Shown here piece by piece: positions 63,807 through 64,000 of a stretch of 64,000 nt of DNA. The DNA comes from a virus. Numbering within the stretch: position 1 is the stretch's first letter; each line of letters begins with the position of its first letter. The stretch is taken from the IMG/VR virus record IMGVR_UViG_3300042321_002027. The stretch is one strand, 5' to 3'. Position numbers and translations under genes: made by a program. The notes beneath the pieces were generated by a model. That model was not told the DNA's origin. It saw nothing but the letters and a program-made list of their open reading frames with translations, and ran no database searches.

Positions 63807-64000
63807 ATGTCAGAACTACGAGTTTCAACTTTGAATGTTACAGGTAATTTATCTGCTAACACTATTTATGATCCTGATTATGCAAAGAGCATAAACTCTA
63901 CTAGCGTAGGTATAGATCCTGGTTCTTATATTGGGTTTACTAGTAACGTTGCTTCTATTAAGTCTGGTTCGATTACTTTAAAAACACCAGTTGCATTTTC
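63807..64000 (+). CDS. Fibre-subunit-like protein (partial; MSELRVSTLNVT...)
   Basis: AAAGG SD; MS-x-L-x-V N-terminus shared with other fibre subunits; open to the window end. Confidence 0.6.
   Translation, partial: MSELRVSTLNVTGNLSANTIYDPDYAKSINSTSVGIDPGSYIGFTSNVASIKSGSITLKTPVAF

Overview
This is a 64-kb segment of a large T4-like (myovirus) phage genome. The host is most likely an alphaproteobacterium, judging by a circularly permuted two-piece tmRNA with the tag ANDNFAPRLALAA and by CTTG-type sigma70 promoters. (1) Positions ~1-12 kb form a GC-richer early region of short genes. Most have their own copy of one promoter (TTGNNN-TTAATTC-N10-TANNNT, ~26 copies by eye). A repeat- and promoter-dense non-coding block at 7.0-7.9 kb is a candidate origin. 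(2) Positions 12-20 kb hold accessory genes, the tmRNA and two structurally non-canonical tRNAs. (3) Positions 20-22 kb carry gp33, gp59 and gp32. (4) Positions 22-47 kb encode tail and baseplate genes (lysin/tape-measure-like, gp51/gp26, gp54-like, gp2, gp4, gp48, gp53, hub, split gp5, PAAR, gp25, gp6, gp7, gp9-like, gp8, VrlC-like). (5) Positions 47-64 kb hold a modular fibre cluster with modification enzymes. The most notable observations are: a gp38-type polyglycine adhesin split into two genes, with a non-splicing Hint domain and a sulfotransferase-like gene in the gap; very dense N-X-S/T sequons in virion proteins; a likely -1 frameshift fusing gp26 to gp51; a D-arm-less tRNA and a Sec/allo-like tRNA; a possible ribosome-rescue kit (tmRNA, ArfA-like, RF-like); and a promoter-delimited cassette array. 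All calls come from motif recognition by eye; no database searches were run.
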